Origin: a virus | DNA: 64,000 nt | Reading direction: 5' to 3' (one strand) | IMG/VR virus record: IMGVR_UViG_3300017749_000005 | Location: 1 to 64,000 of that record | Shown here: positions 47,872 through 56,067 of the stretch, piece by piece | Layout: each line of letters starts with the position of its first letter | Numbering within the stretch: position 1 is the stretch's first letter | The notes under the pieces: generated by a model | What the model saw: the letters and a program-made list of their open reading frames with translations, nothing else | Told to the model about the DNA's origin: nothing | Databases searched by the model: none | Translations under genes and position numbers: made by a program

Positions 47872-49420
47872 TTGTCCTCATGTTAGATATAACACAATCA
47901 GCAGATACAATAGTAGACACTACGCTTAAAGCATTTTTTAATGCAGTTTTAGTAACAAGCACTGGGTCTATAATACCAGCCTTTATCATATTTACTGGTT
48001 TACCAGATACTACATCTATGCCAAATCCTTTTTTAACAGAAGTTACAGAGTCTGAGATACCAGCATTATCTAATATCGTGTAGTGAGGAGCCTTGATAGA
48101 CTCAAGTATAATTCTTTCGCCCTCGTTATCATGTGCTATACACTGTGATGCATTAAGCAATGCTACACCTCCACCAGCAACAATTCCTTCTTTCAAAGCC
48201 GCTTTAACTGCATATATTGCGTCTTCAACTCTATCTTTTTTTTCTTTTAATTCAACCTTAGAGTCAGCACCTACTTTTATGATTCCTACTGAACCTGATA
48301 GCATCGCTAATCTTTGATCTAACTTCTTTTTAATAAAACCGTTCTTTTCTTTTTTAATTAAAGATTTAACTTGTTCTACTCTTTCTTTTACATCTAAGTC
48401 TTGCAAAGTTGTAATAACTGTTGACTTATTATCAGTTACAGCTTTATTAATTCTACCTAGTACGCTAGGATCTATAAAGTCCATATCATCGCCAAGTTCC
48501 TCATTAATGACCTTGGCGCCAGTCAAGAAAGCTAAATCATCAATAGTATCTTGCTTAGTAGGTCCAAAGCCTGGTAAATCAACAATATTAACATTAATAT
48601 TACCTTTAACTTTATTCATAAGTAAAGCAGACTTTACCTGCTGATCTACTTGAGCCACTATCAATAAACTCTTATTACCTTTTATAATGAACTCTAAGAC
48701 ATTTTGTATCTTTCTTATGTTACTTATCTCTGATGAGACAATTAACACCATAGGGTTATCTAAAACAGCCCTCTGCTTGTCTTTGTCAGTTATGAAGTGT
48801 GGGGATGTTAATGGACTTTCAAATTGTATTCCGTCTACAACTTCCACGTAGGTTTGATCTGTTTCAGATTCTTCCATAAGTACAACACCATCTGCTCCAA
48901 CCTTATTGTATGCTTCGGATATTATACCACCTAATATAGGGTCGTTGTTACAAGATATAGATGCAACGCTATTTAGCATTGAATCTTTAACTTTTATACA
49001 CTCGTCATCTAAATATTTATTTATTTTAGATAGACCTGTGTTCATGCCATTTTTAATATCTCTTATAGAGATATTATTATCAGCGTCATTGACGTTATGT
49101 AATAGTGATTCAGCAAGGACGATGGCAGTTGTTGTGCCATCCCCTGCTTCTTTCACTGTGTTTCTAGAAGCCTCTTTAATTAGAGTTGCTCCTATATTTT
49201 CCACTGGATCAAACAAGACAACCGATTCTGCTACGGTTACTCCGTCTTTTGTGATCACTGGATTTCCTCTTGCATCCTCGTAAATTACGCATTTACCAGA
49301 AGCACCAAGTGTGGACTTAACTGCTTTAGCAAGTTTATCCACCCCGGTTGATATTCTATTTTTAGCTTGGTCGCCAAAGTTTAAATCCTTGACGATTTCG
49401 CTAGGTTGATTATATTCCAT
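47858..49420 (-). CDS. groEL: Chaperonin GroEL (Cpn60) homologue, lacking the C-terminal GGM tail
   Basis: 520 aa. VKDLNFGDQAKNRISTGVDKLAKAVKSTLGASGKCVI...PVITKDGVTVAESV...EAGDGTTTAIVLAESL is collinear with the canonical GroEL equatorial domain, including the ATP-binding DGTTT. Confidence 0.9.
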   Translation of the reverse strand: MEYNQPSEIVKDLNFGDQAKNRISTGVDKLAKAVKSTLGASGKCVIYEDARGNPVITKDGVTVAESVVLFDPVENIGATLIKEASRNTVKEAGDGTTTAIVLAESLLHNVNDADNNISIRDIKNGMNTGLSKINKYLDDECIKVKDSMLNSVASISCNNDPILGGIISEAYNKVGADGVVLMEESETDQTYVEVVDGIQFESPLTSPHFITDKDKQRAVLDNPMVLIVSSEISNIRKIQNVLEFIIKGNKSLLIVAQVDQQVKSALLMNKVKGNINVNIVDLPGFGPTKQDTIDDLAFLTGAKVINEELGDDMDFIDPSVLGRINKAVTDNKSTVITTLQDLDVKERVEQVKSLIKKEKNGFIKKKLDQRLAMLSGSVGIIKVGADSKVELKEKKDRVEDAIYAVKAALKEGIVAGGGVALLNASQCIAHDNEGERIILESIKAPHYTILDNAGISDSVTSVKKGFGIDVVSGKPVNMIKAGIIDPVLVTKTALKNALSVVSTIVSADCVISNMRTNESD

Positions 49421-49460
49421 TAAATTATATTAAATTAAATTGATTATTTGTTATTATATT

Positions 49461-49844
49461 TTATTTATCTCCGTATTTAGATGAGTATAAAAAATCTCCT
49501 TTAGATGCAGTACCAGATGCAGTACCAACAAGCTTTTTAGTTTTACCAGCTAGATTTGAAGCTTTAGTTTGTTTTCTCTTAAGCTTACCTGCTTTTTTTG
49601 CTTTTAATCCACCACCTGCTCTAGTTGCATTACTAGCAGTAATACCGTCTACTTTAGATTGTGCCCTAGTTGTTCTTTTTTTAGTTCTTTTGATCTTTTT
49701 AGAATTATCTACGGTTCTAACTTTAGTACCATCAGCTAGTGTTGTTTTTGTAACTCTTTTTTTCTTAGGTGCAGTTTTACTTATTTTTTGTCCATCTACA
49801 ACAGTTGTTGTTGTCCTTGCTTTTTTTGAATTTTTTCTAGGCAT
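49461..49844 (-). CDS. 127-aa extremely basic K/T/R-rich protein (histone-H1-like composition)
   Basis: Low-complexity basic sequence (KKARTTTT..KKKRVTKTT..KRTKKRTTRAQSK..KAKKAGKLKRKQTK). Confidence 0.55.
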   Translation of the reverse strand: MPRKNSKKARTTTTVVDGQKISKTAPKKKRVTKTTLADGTKVRTVDNSKKIKRTKKRTTRAQSKVDGITASNATRAGGGLKAKKAGKLKRKQTKASNLAGKTKKLVGTASGTASKGDFLYSSKYGDK

Positions 49845-49861
49845 TTTTTTATTTTTAAGTT

Positions 49862-49936
49862 TTATTTCTTTTTACTTTTCTTTTTTTTAGGTGGTCTACC
49901 TTTTTTAGTTCCGTATGTACCTTTTCCACTTGGCAT
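49862..49936 (-). CDS. Possible 24-aa basic peptide MPSGKGTYGTKKGRPPKKKKSKKK
   Basis: An ATG-to-TAA ORF fills the gap between 49948.. and ..49844, and its composition matches the neighbouring basic protein. It is very short, so speculative. Confidence 0.25.
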   Translation of the reverse strand: MPSGKGTYGTKKGRPPKKKKSKKK

Positions 49937-49947
49937 AATATTATTAT

Positions 49948-50250
49948 TTAAAATGTTTTAACTACTTTAGGGCCTTCTAAAAAAGAAAGCTTTTTCTTAT
50001 AATGCTCGATACTACCATCAATAGCAGCTTCAGCACTCTCCATTGTTTCTCTTCTTGTTACATCATGCCAAAACTTATCGTTCTGCATATCTTTATACTC
50101 GGTTTGATAAAATCCATTAGGTAGCTGAACTATCCTCCAGTTTGACTTGTCTGAAATGTACTCCAGCTGCTCTTTAACAGTTTCATCGGTCATTTGTGTT
50201 TGTTGGTTATTGCTCCATGTATTGGTGCTATAGTGTATTGCGTATGTCAT
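49948..50250 (-). CDS. Hypothetical 100-aa protein
   Basis: A clean ORF with normal composition. No motif. Confidence 0.5.
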   Translation of the reverse strand: MTYAIHYSTNTWSNNQQTQMTDETVKEQLEYISDKSNWRIVQLPNGFYQTEYKDMQNDKFWHDVTRRETMESAEAAIDGSIEHYKKKLSFLEGPKVVKTF

Positions 50251-50326
50251 TGTTTTATTGGTTTTAAATTAGGTCCTGCAATATTGCAAGGTTTCTTAGA
50301 GTATAGTTACACACTCATTTAGTTTT

Positions 50327-51055
50327 TTAACCTTCAGTTATATCTAATTGAAATGTGTCACCATCAGCAACTCTCATATTACTGAAACTAAATGTTTTAG
50401 AAAACGTTTGTCCCATACTAAAAGTATAAACACCTCTAGTATTGCTAAGGGTTCTTATTGGATTACCATCAGTATTACTTGTTCCACCATTATGCCCTAT
50501 AGTACCTCCAGAAACATTTAAAACAACATCTCCAGCATCATTAACTTGATTATTACTATTAGTGCTAGAGTCAGCCATTCTTGTTACTGTTATTGTTCCG
50601 CCTCCGGTTATGCTCTCATAGATATTTCTTCTAGAAGCAGAAGTATATCCACAACCAAATAAACAACTAGTATTTGGACCAATAGTTACGGTCTTATTAA
50701 GATATCCAGCTATGTCTAAAAAAACTTGCCAGGTCAATGTTTGGTAACCAGTAGTTCCAAAATGACCTATTAAGTTTCCACTACCAAAGTTTGAAGCACC
50801 ATATACCGATGATGAACCAGCAGGGTAACCTCTATACTGAGATGCTTTGGTTACTTGATTTAAGTTTGTTATAGTTTGACCTGCATATATAGGTTCAAAT
50901 TTAGCTGGGGTTGATAAAGATATTATTTGAGTAAATGTATTAGCACCATTTATTTGTACATTAGCTCCAGCTGCTTTTACAGCTCCTTGTATAGTTGTAT
51001 CGTCACTAGCTCCAAACATTTCAAAATCAGTATTTTCATCAGTAGGTACACCCAT
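50327..51055 (-). CDS. 242-aa fibre-associated protein
   Basis: It starts 2 nt after the stop of the 879-aa fibre gene. The sequence is G/S/T/N-rich and beta-like. Confidence 0.5.
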   Translation of the reverse strand: MGVPTDENTDFEMFGASDDTTIQGAVKAAGANVQINGANTFTQIISLSTPAKFEPIYAGQTITNLNQVTKASQYRGYPAGSSSVYGASNFGSGNLIGHFGTTGYQTLTWQVFLDIAGYLNKTVTIGPNTSCLFGCGYTSASRRNIYESITGGGTITVTRMADSSTNSNNQVNDAGDVVLNVSGGTIGHNGGTSNTDGNPIRTLSNTRGVYTFSMGQTFSKTFSFSNMRVADGDTFQLDITEG

Positions 51056-51056
51056 A

Positions 51057-53696
51057 TTACTTAAGTTTTTCTTCTATTGCTATTAATCTTTCCTCTAACT
51101 CTAGTATTGCTTTATGCATATGAGCAACAACGCCTCTATCACTCATAGATAAATAACCTTCATTATTTTCATAAACTGTATGAGGTATTGCTTCTCTAAC
51201 TTCTTGTGCTATAAAACCAGATTCTTTTTCACCGCTTTTAATATAGTTATAAGATGTAAATTGTTTTATAACATTTAAACCTTCTTTAATAGGTTTTATT
51301 TCTGACTTAAGCCTTTTATCAGAGGATATTTTAAAGTTATCAGCAGTAACATCCCCACTGGAAAGGGTTATATCACCACTAGAGAGGGTTATATCACCAC
51401 TAGAAAGTGTTATATCCCCATTAGAAACGGTCATATTACCATTCGTACCAAAAATAAAATCACCGGTATTACCTCCACTACTTACAATTTCAAAGTTTCT
51501 ACTAGAACTAGCTGAACCTGTTTGGTTGTATGAGTAAATTCTATTAGCACCTCCAGCAACACCTATAACTACTGAGCCTCCAGTTCCATTAGTCATGGTT
51601 GATCTAATTTCAAAATAATTACCTGAAGTGTTTCCACTTTGACTAAATATAGATCTAGTATTTATAACACTTGTTGTGCCTATAGATATTTGTTTTACAG
51701 AAAGAGTGTTTGAGCTAGGATTAAAAAATATACTACTACTAGTACTTGAATCTCTGCTTAAAGCATTTGCAGCACTATTGAAAAAAGGTATTTGAAAAAA
51801 ACTGTTTGCGGTGGTTGATGTTACATCTAAACTAAAAACTGTTCCAGCTAAATCAACGCCTGAATTAGCAGAGTAAGTAGTGTTTGTATCTGTTGATGCT
51901 ATTGTTATGTTATCAGCATCCGTGTGAGTTAATGTTATATTAGATCCTGCAACAAATTTTATGTCATCACTTCCACTTCCTGCACCACCCGTTGTGTTTC
52001 TTAAAATTATATCGTTATTACTATCTACGAATGATAATGTTGTAGTGTTTTGAGTATTATCATTAGCTGTCATATCATCAACAGCTAAATCTATAGTTCC
52101 ATCACCATCTTGGTAAGTTACTGAAATTCTAGTTTCAGTATTATTACTAAACATTGCACCTACTATATCTTGAACTGCTTCTGTTGATAACTGACTGTCA
52201 GTCCATGGTACATTAATAACTGCTTGGTTATTACTATTTAATTGTAGTCCATATGTTCTTCCAGCAACAGATGTTGCTGCGTTAGCAGCATTGTTTAAGT
52301 TTGTGTCGTATCTTAGTTCAATACCACCTCTTATACTACTGGTGGCAATAGGTAGTGTATAAGTCCCTGGAGGAGTAGCCCATTGATTGTCACCTCTCAG
52401 AAATGTTGACGAATTAGGTGTTCCTCCAGCAGATAAATCAGGAGCTATGGTTACGGAACCAGTTACAGCACTAAGAGCTGATAATGAAACAAAAGTGCCA
52501 TTTGATGATGTTATTGATGTTTGGACTACTTCAGCCCAAGTAGCATCTCCTCTTAAAAATTTAAGCTCTTCATTTACAGCTGGTGCAGGAACTACTCCTA
52601 CTGAACCAGCAGTGTTTTCTGAAGTATCAGCACCTCCGAATGTTGGTAGTGTTCTTTTAGTTATTTCAGTAACATGACCGTACGCGTCAGAGACAAATGT
52701 GTGTAAAACATCTACAGCATTCGTAGTTATAGATTTTGCTGTATATTCATCATGACTAATTGTTATAGTGTCATCAGCAGTTATTATAGAGCTTATAGGT
52801 ACCGATGCAAGTATGTTTAATGTATCTAAAGCTGTACCACTAGTACTATGTATATCTATAGATGTTGTGAAAGCGGGATTGCCCACAGCAGGATTATTAG
52901 TACTATCAGCTGCTATATTAAATTTATAGTCAGGTAATATATATGTGTGTATCTGCTCCTTTATTACGTGACCCTTAGCATCACTTATCACAGCATCTGT
53001 TGTAGTGGTTACACCATTACTATCAGTATTTGAAACAGGTGCTGCTGCCTTGAAAGTACTGTCGTCTTCCAACTGTTTGTTAGGCGAAATAGATGCATTA
53101 GTTCTAGATACATCATTGTGATATATAGAAACTTTATCAGCAGCTGAATCTAAGCTTAATGTACTTATCCATGCATCTCCACCACTAATAGTTAGTGTTT
53201 GTTCAAAGTTTATTGTCTGGGATTGACTATCTACAGAGCCACTACCACTGTGATTAACACTCGCATCACCAATAACATTAAAACTATACTCTTCAGGCAT
53301 AGTAAATTCAGTTAAAGTGTAATTAGTTAAATGACCAGTAGTGTTAGTAGTTACACTGGTTATAGCACTAAATATATGAGGTGTGTTACTAGTTGTACCA
53401 TTACCATAATTATCTTTAGCATATAAAATAATTCCAGGATTTGGATCTTGTTTAGTTAGTAGTTGTGCGGCGTGTTCCCAGTTTCTATGCCCATCTTCAG
53501 AATCAATTCCTATAACTATAGGTGATGATGCTGTAAAATCTCCACCACCAAAAAACTCCTGCAAGTCAGACATGCGATAATTCTTAGTAGTGTATACAGG
53601 TCTATTACTAGAATCTGTACCATTATATTCAGAACCTATGACTATATCATCAGCCGATATTTCTATATCCCTTATATATGTACTAATTCTTGCCAT
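51057..53696 (-). CDS. Tail fibre protein with C-terminal S74-type intramolecular chaperone domain
   Basis: 879 aa with the MARISTY N-terminal domain and two FLRGDxxWA motifs typical of fibres. The repeat SGDITLS occurs three times. The C-terminus is SDKRLKSEI...SGFIAQEVREAIPHTV...coiled coil. Confidence 0.8.
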   Translation of the reverse strand: MARISTYIRDIEISADDIVIGSEYNGTDSSNRPVYTTKNYRMSDLQEFFGGGDFTASSPIVIGIDSEDGHRNWEHAAQLLTKQDPNPGIILYAKDNYGNGTTSNTPHIFSAITSVTTNTTGHLTNYTLTEFTMPEEYSFNVIGDASVNHSGSGSVDSQSQTINFEQTLTISGGDAWISTLSLDSAADKVSIYHNDVSRTNASISPNKQLEDDSTFKAAAPVSNTDSNGVTTTTDAVISDAKGHVIKEQIHTYILPDYKFNIAADSTNNPAVGNPAFTTSIDIHSTSGTALDTLNILASVPISSIITADDTITISHDEYTAKSITTNAVDVLHTFVSDAYGHVTEITKRTLPTFGGADTSENTAGSVGVVPAPAVNEELKFLRGDATWAEVVQTSITSSNGTFVSLSALSAVTGSVTIAPDLSAGGTPNSSTFLRGDNQWATPPGTYTLPIATSSIRGGIELRYDTNLNNAANAATSVAGRTYGLQLNSNNQAVINVPWTDSQLSTEAVQDIVGAMFSNNTETRISVTYQDGDGTIDLAVDDMTANDNTQNTTTLSFVDSNNDIILRNTTGGAGSGSDDIKFVAGSNITLTHTDADNITIASTDTNTTYSANSGVDLAGTVFSLDVTSTTANSFFQIPFFNSAANALSRDSSTSSSIFFNPSSNTLSVKQISIGTTSVINTRSIFSQSGNTSGNYFEIRSTMTNGTGGSVVIGVAGGANRIYSYNQTGSASSSRNFEIVSSGGNTGDFIFGTNGNMTVSNGDITLSSGDITLSSGDITLSSGDVTADNFKISSDKRLKSEIKPIKEGLNVIKQFTSYNYIKSGEKESGFIAQEVREAIPHTVYENNEGYLSMSDRGVVAHMHKAILELEERLIAIEEKLK
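51345..51419 (-). repeat. Three and a half tandem 21-bp in-frame repeats (GDITLSS heptapeptide)
   Basis: Read directly from the sequence: GGTGATATAACCCTCTCTAGT-type units just upstream of the IMC domain. Confidence 0.85.
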
Positions 53697-53807
53697 TTAC
53701 TCTTTTTTATCGTTAATCATAACATGTAAAGCAGATATACCCGCTAGCAACACTATCAATATTGTTATTAAGGCAATAAAATCACCTGTATTCATTAAAG
53801 CTGTCAT
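53697..53807 (-). CDS. 36-aa single-TM mini-protein MTALMNTGDFIALITILIVLLAGISALHVMINDKKE
   Basis: Below the track cutoff. It exactly fills the gap: its start is 6 nt after the upstream stop, and its stop abuts the fibre ATG. Confidence 0.5.
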   Translation of the reverse strand: MTALMNTGDFIALITILIVLLAGISALHVMINDKKE

Positions 53808-53812
53808 TTTTA

Positions 53813-54088
53813 TTAAGTTTTTTTCATAATTTTAGTGCTAAAACCCTCTTTTTTAGTCCCTTTTCCATCGTTTCCACGATTAGCCTTAACACTTTTAAAT
53901 TTATTGTCCTTATGGTCGTAGTCCTTACCCTTCATAGATGGATTATCTCGATGCTTTTTCTGTGAATCAGCCTTTTTAGCACGCCGATCAGCCCTCATTG
54001 CCCTCTTCTTGTCACGTACCTTCTTAGCAGCCGCAGCCTTAGCACTTAGCTTTTGCTTAGGACCACCCTTTTTCTTAGGTTTTGCCAT
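53813..54088 (-). CDS. 91-aa highly basic protein; first gene of the leftward module
   Basis: Trimmed to the ATG at 54088 (MAKPKKKGGPKQKLSAKAAAAKKVRDKKR...). The track extension begins at a TTG inside the palindromic element. Confidence 0.6.
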   Translation of the reverse strand: MAKPKKKGGPKQKLSAKAAAAKKVRDKKRAMRADRRAKKADSQKKHRDNPSMKGKDYDHKDNKFKSVKANRGNDGKGTKKEGFSTKIMKKT

Positions 54089-54149
54089 AATGTTTTTACC
54101 TTTTTGTCTATAAGATACTATTACATGGAAATAACTGTTATTAATACAG

Positions 54150-54195
54150 TGTGACAATAGCCCCTTACTCTATACTATAACTACCTAATGTCACA
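54150..54195. promoter_or_regulatory. Palindromic element copy 1 (TGTGACAATAG-N24-CTAATGTCACA)
   Basis: It has terminal inverted repeats TGTGACA/TGTCACA plus TAG/CTA, and the internal sequence is about 80% identical between copies. It sits at the divergence point of the leftward and rightward modules. Confidence 0.7.
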
Positions 54196-54416
54196 GTTTA
54201 GAAATATAGGGATTTTGTATTATACCTACATTATTAAATTTACAAAGCAAAACACAAACTCTTTTTATTTACCCCACCCCCACCTACATTTCACATTTTT
54301 CATTATATTTTTTTGCGTTTACCCTTTACACCACACTACACAACAGCTACTACTATATAATTTACTTATAACTTTTTATCTTTTTTCCTCTCTTATGTAT
54401 AGCATTTTTATATTTT

Positions 54417-54441
54417 AAATACGACTCGTCATGGATAATAT
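54417..54441 (+). promoter_or_regulatory. Bipartite promoter-like motif P1: AAATACGA-CTCGTCAT-GGATAATAT
   Basis: One of 12 copies with an exact 8-nt spacer. It is preceded by the 18-mer ATGTATAGCATTTTTATA, which it shares with P5. Confidence 0.65.
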
Positions 54442-54493
54442 ATATATAATAAATAACTTATCTCTTTTTTTTAAATTAAGAATTTTATAAAAT

Positions 54494-54518
54494 AAATACT
54501 AATATAAAGGGATAATAT
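54494..54518 (+). promoter_or_regulatory. Bipartite promoter-like motif P2: AAATACTA-ATATAAAG-GGATAATAT
   Basis: It has the upstream TTTTATAAAAT extension. The ATG of 54565 lies 46 nt downstream. Confidence 0.65.
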
Positions 54519-54564
54519 AATTAATAAATAAATAAATAAATTTTAAACTTTAAACGAGAATTCT

Positions 54565-54801
54565 ATGGAAACTTTAAACATAACTACTAAAAGATTTGTA
54601 ATTCGTAAAACATTAATTGGTACTAATACCATTATAACCTTCACTACTAACAAAGGTAATAAGGTAACGTACGACCACGACAAAGTATATAACGCACACA
54701 AACAACGGTTTGAAGATATGCCTTGCTTTGCAAAATATAAATCCTATACCAATACCAATAACTTACCAGTATTTGTTAGGAATATGAAGGAGCTTGTATA
54801 A
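54565..54801 (+). CDS. Early small protein, family A (paralogue of 55817..56059)
   Basis: 78 aa. KRFVIRKTLIGTNTIITF..YDHDKVYN..KYKSYTNTNNLPVFVRN aligns along its length with the 80-aa paralogue. Confidence 0.65.
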   Translation: METLNITTKRFVIRKTLIGTNTIITFTTNKGNKVTYDHDKVYNAHKQRFEDMPCFAKYKSYTNTNNLPVFVRNMKELV

Positions 54802-54817
54802 GCTTCTTTTATAAAAC

Positions 54818-54842
54818 AAATACTATTTTAAATGGATAATAA
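54818..54842 (+). promoter_or_regulatory. Bipartite promoter-like motif P3: AAATACTA-TTTTAAAT-GGATAATAA
   Basis: Same architecture as the other copies. It is the only copy ending in A. Confidence 0.6.
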
Positions 54843-54869
54843 ATATAAATAAATATAAATAAATATACT

Positions 54870-55121
54870 ATGATAGATTATAATAATAAAATGAAAACAA
54901 TACTTGGTAACAACCTTGAGTTAATGATTAGAGATAGAGCATTCGATAGCTGCTCATACATAGATGAAGATCGTGATCAGATCTACTGCATAATAAAGCA
55001 TAGCTTTGATCTGTATAAAAACAACGACTTTGAGGACATGCTCGATGGTGCTGACGAAGTCAGTGAGTTGTATGACCGACAGTCAGAACTTTATGAAACG
55101 CAGCTACTTTTTGTTAAGTAG
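54870..55121 (+). CDS. Early small acidic protein, family B (paralogue of 55282..55554)
   Basis: 83 aa. The C-terminal half (LYKNNDFEDMLDGADEVSEL...ETQLL) parallels LYENEDFVMILDGAEATSEM...ETQLI. Confidence 0.6.
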   Translation: MIDYNNKMKTILGNNLELMIRDRAFDSCSYIDEDRDQIYCIIKHSFDLYKNNDFEDMLDGADEVSELYDRQSELYETQLLFVK

Positions 55122-55183
55122 TTGCTTATTAAAGTAAGTAAGTAAGTGCTATACACCACTGGTTAGTTATTTTTTTATAAAAT

Positions 55184-55208
55184 AAATACTAATAAAGTTG
55201 GATAATAT
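55184..55208 (+). promoter_or_regulatory. Bipartite promoter-like motif P4: AAATACTA-ATAAAGTT-GGATAATAT
   Basis: Same architecture, with the upstream TTTTTATAAAAT. Confidence 0.65.
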
Positions 55209-55281
55209 ATATAATTAAATAATATAATAATAATACCAATAAACAATTGTACGGCGATTTTGCCACAGAACCTTAAACCCC

Positions 55282-55554
55282 ATGCTTATGGAGCCGTTTG
55301 AGTTGAAAAATCCTGCATCACCTGCAGGTATGTTGGTTGCTGAATTTGGCAACTGTGTGTTTAATTTCCTGGATCATGAAGGTCTGCTAACTATCGAGTG
55401 CGAGCGAGTACACGATGGTAAGTTGTATGCGACTTTCACTCATGACCGTAGCTTATACGAGAATGAGGATTTCGTCATGATTCTGGACGGTGCTGAGGCT
55501 ACCTCAGAAATGACCACCGACCAAGGCTGGATAGAAACCCAGCTAATAGCTTAA
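55282..55554 (+). CDS. Early small protein, family B, GC-rich allele
   Basis: 90 aa. Codon usage and GC (42-48% on hand-counted lines) differ sharply from the flanks. Confidence 0.6.
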   Translation: MLMEPFELKNPASPAGMLVAEFGNCVFNFLDHEGLLTIECERVHDGKLYATFTHDRSLYENEDFVMILDGAEATSEMTTDQGWIETQLIA

Positions 55555-55664
55555 GCTAACTAGCTAAGCTAGTTTACTGCTAAGTAACCATCGCCCACCG
55601 CGATGTGTATAGCAGACCTATGCCCTTTTCATTAGAAACTAGATGCTTTAATAAATGATAATAC

Positions 55665-55712
55665 TGTGACAATAGCCTGTTACTCTATATTATATAATAG
55701 CCTAATGTCACA
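55665..55712. promoter_or_regulatory. Palindromic element copy 2 (TGTGACAATAG-N26-CTAATGTCACA)
   Basis: Same arms as copy 1 and in the same orientation. It is followed by T8 and then the 18-mer and P5. Confidence 0.7.
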
Positions 55713-55750
55713 CTTTTTTTTAATAGTAATGTATAGCATTTTTATAAAAT

Positions 55751-55775
55751 AAATACGAACCAAGTTGGATAATAT
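55751..55775 (+). promoter_or_regulatory. Bipartite promoter-like motif P5: AAATACGA-ACCAAGTT-GGATAATAT
   Basis: Same architecture. It is preceded by ATGTATAGCATTTTTATA at the same 4-nt offset as P1. Confidence 0.65.
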
Positions 55776-55816
55776 AACTGAAATAAATAATTAATTAAAC
55801 TTAAATAAATTTAACT

Positions 55817-56059
55817 ATGGCTACTACTAAATTAAATAATAAAACTACTAAAAGATTTATAATCTCCAAATCTTTAATTGGTACTAATACTATAATTACC
55901 TTTAAAAATAATAAAGGTGATGACTGTACTTATAATCATGATAAAGTATATAATACTTTAAAAGACAGATTTGAAGCAATGGCATGCTTTCAGAAGTATA
56001 AAAGCTATACTAATTCCAATAATCTACCAAAGTTTGTTAGAAATATAGAATTTGCTTAA
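55817..56059 (+). CDS. Early small protein, family A (paralogue of 54565..54801)
   Basis: 80 aa; see 54565..54801. Confidence 0.65.
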   Translation: MATTKLNNKTTKRFIISKSLIGTNTIITFKNNKGDDCTYNHDKVYNTLKDRFEAMACFQKYKSYTNSNNLPKFVRNIEFA

Positions 56060-56067
56060 CATTAGTA

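Noticed and set aside
53813-54157. Longer 114-aa form of the first late gene starting at a TTG
   Set aside because: The extension starts inside palindromic element copy 1 and encodes non-basic sequence (SHCINNSYFHVIVSY) unlike the rest. ATG 54088 gives a coherent basic protein.
54188-54418. 76-aa + strand ORF in the divergent intergenic region
   Set aside because: It starts inside the right arm of the palindromic element. It is translated from the G-depleted tract into low-complexity F/L/Y/H/T sequence. It ends at promoter P1 and has no coupling to neighbours.
54417-54441. Resemblance of promoter copy P1 (AAATACGACTCGTCATGG) to the T7 RNAP promoter TAATACGACTCACTATAGG
   Set aside because: The match beyond AATACGA is present only in P1, and the N8 block is unconstrained in the other 11 copies. 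T7-class promoters require conserved -9 to -1 positions. The spacing is also one nt short, and no single-subunit RNAP gene is visible in this window. I kept it only as a curiosity.
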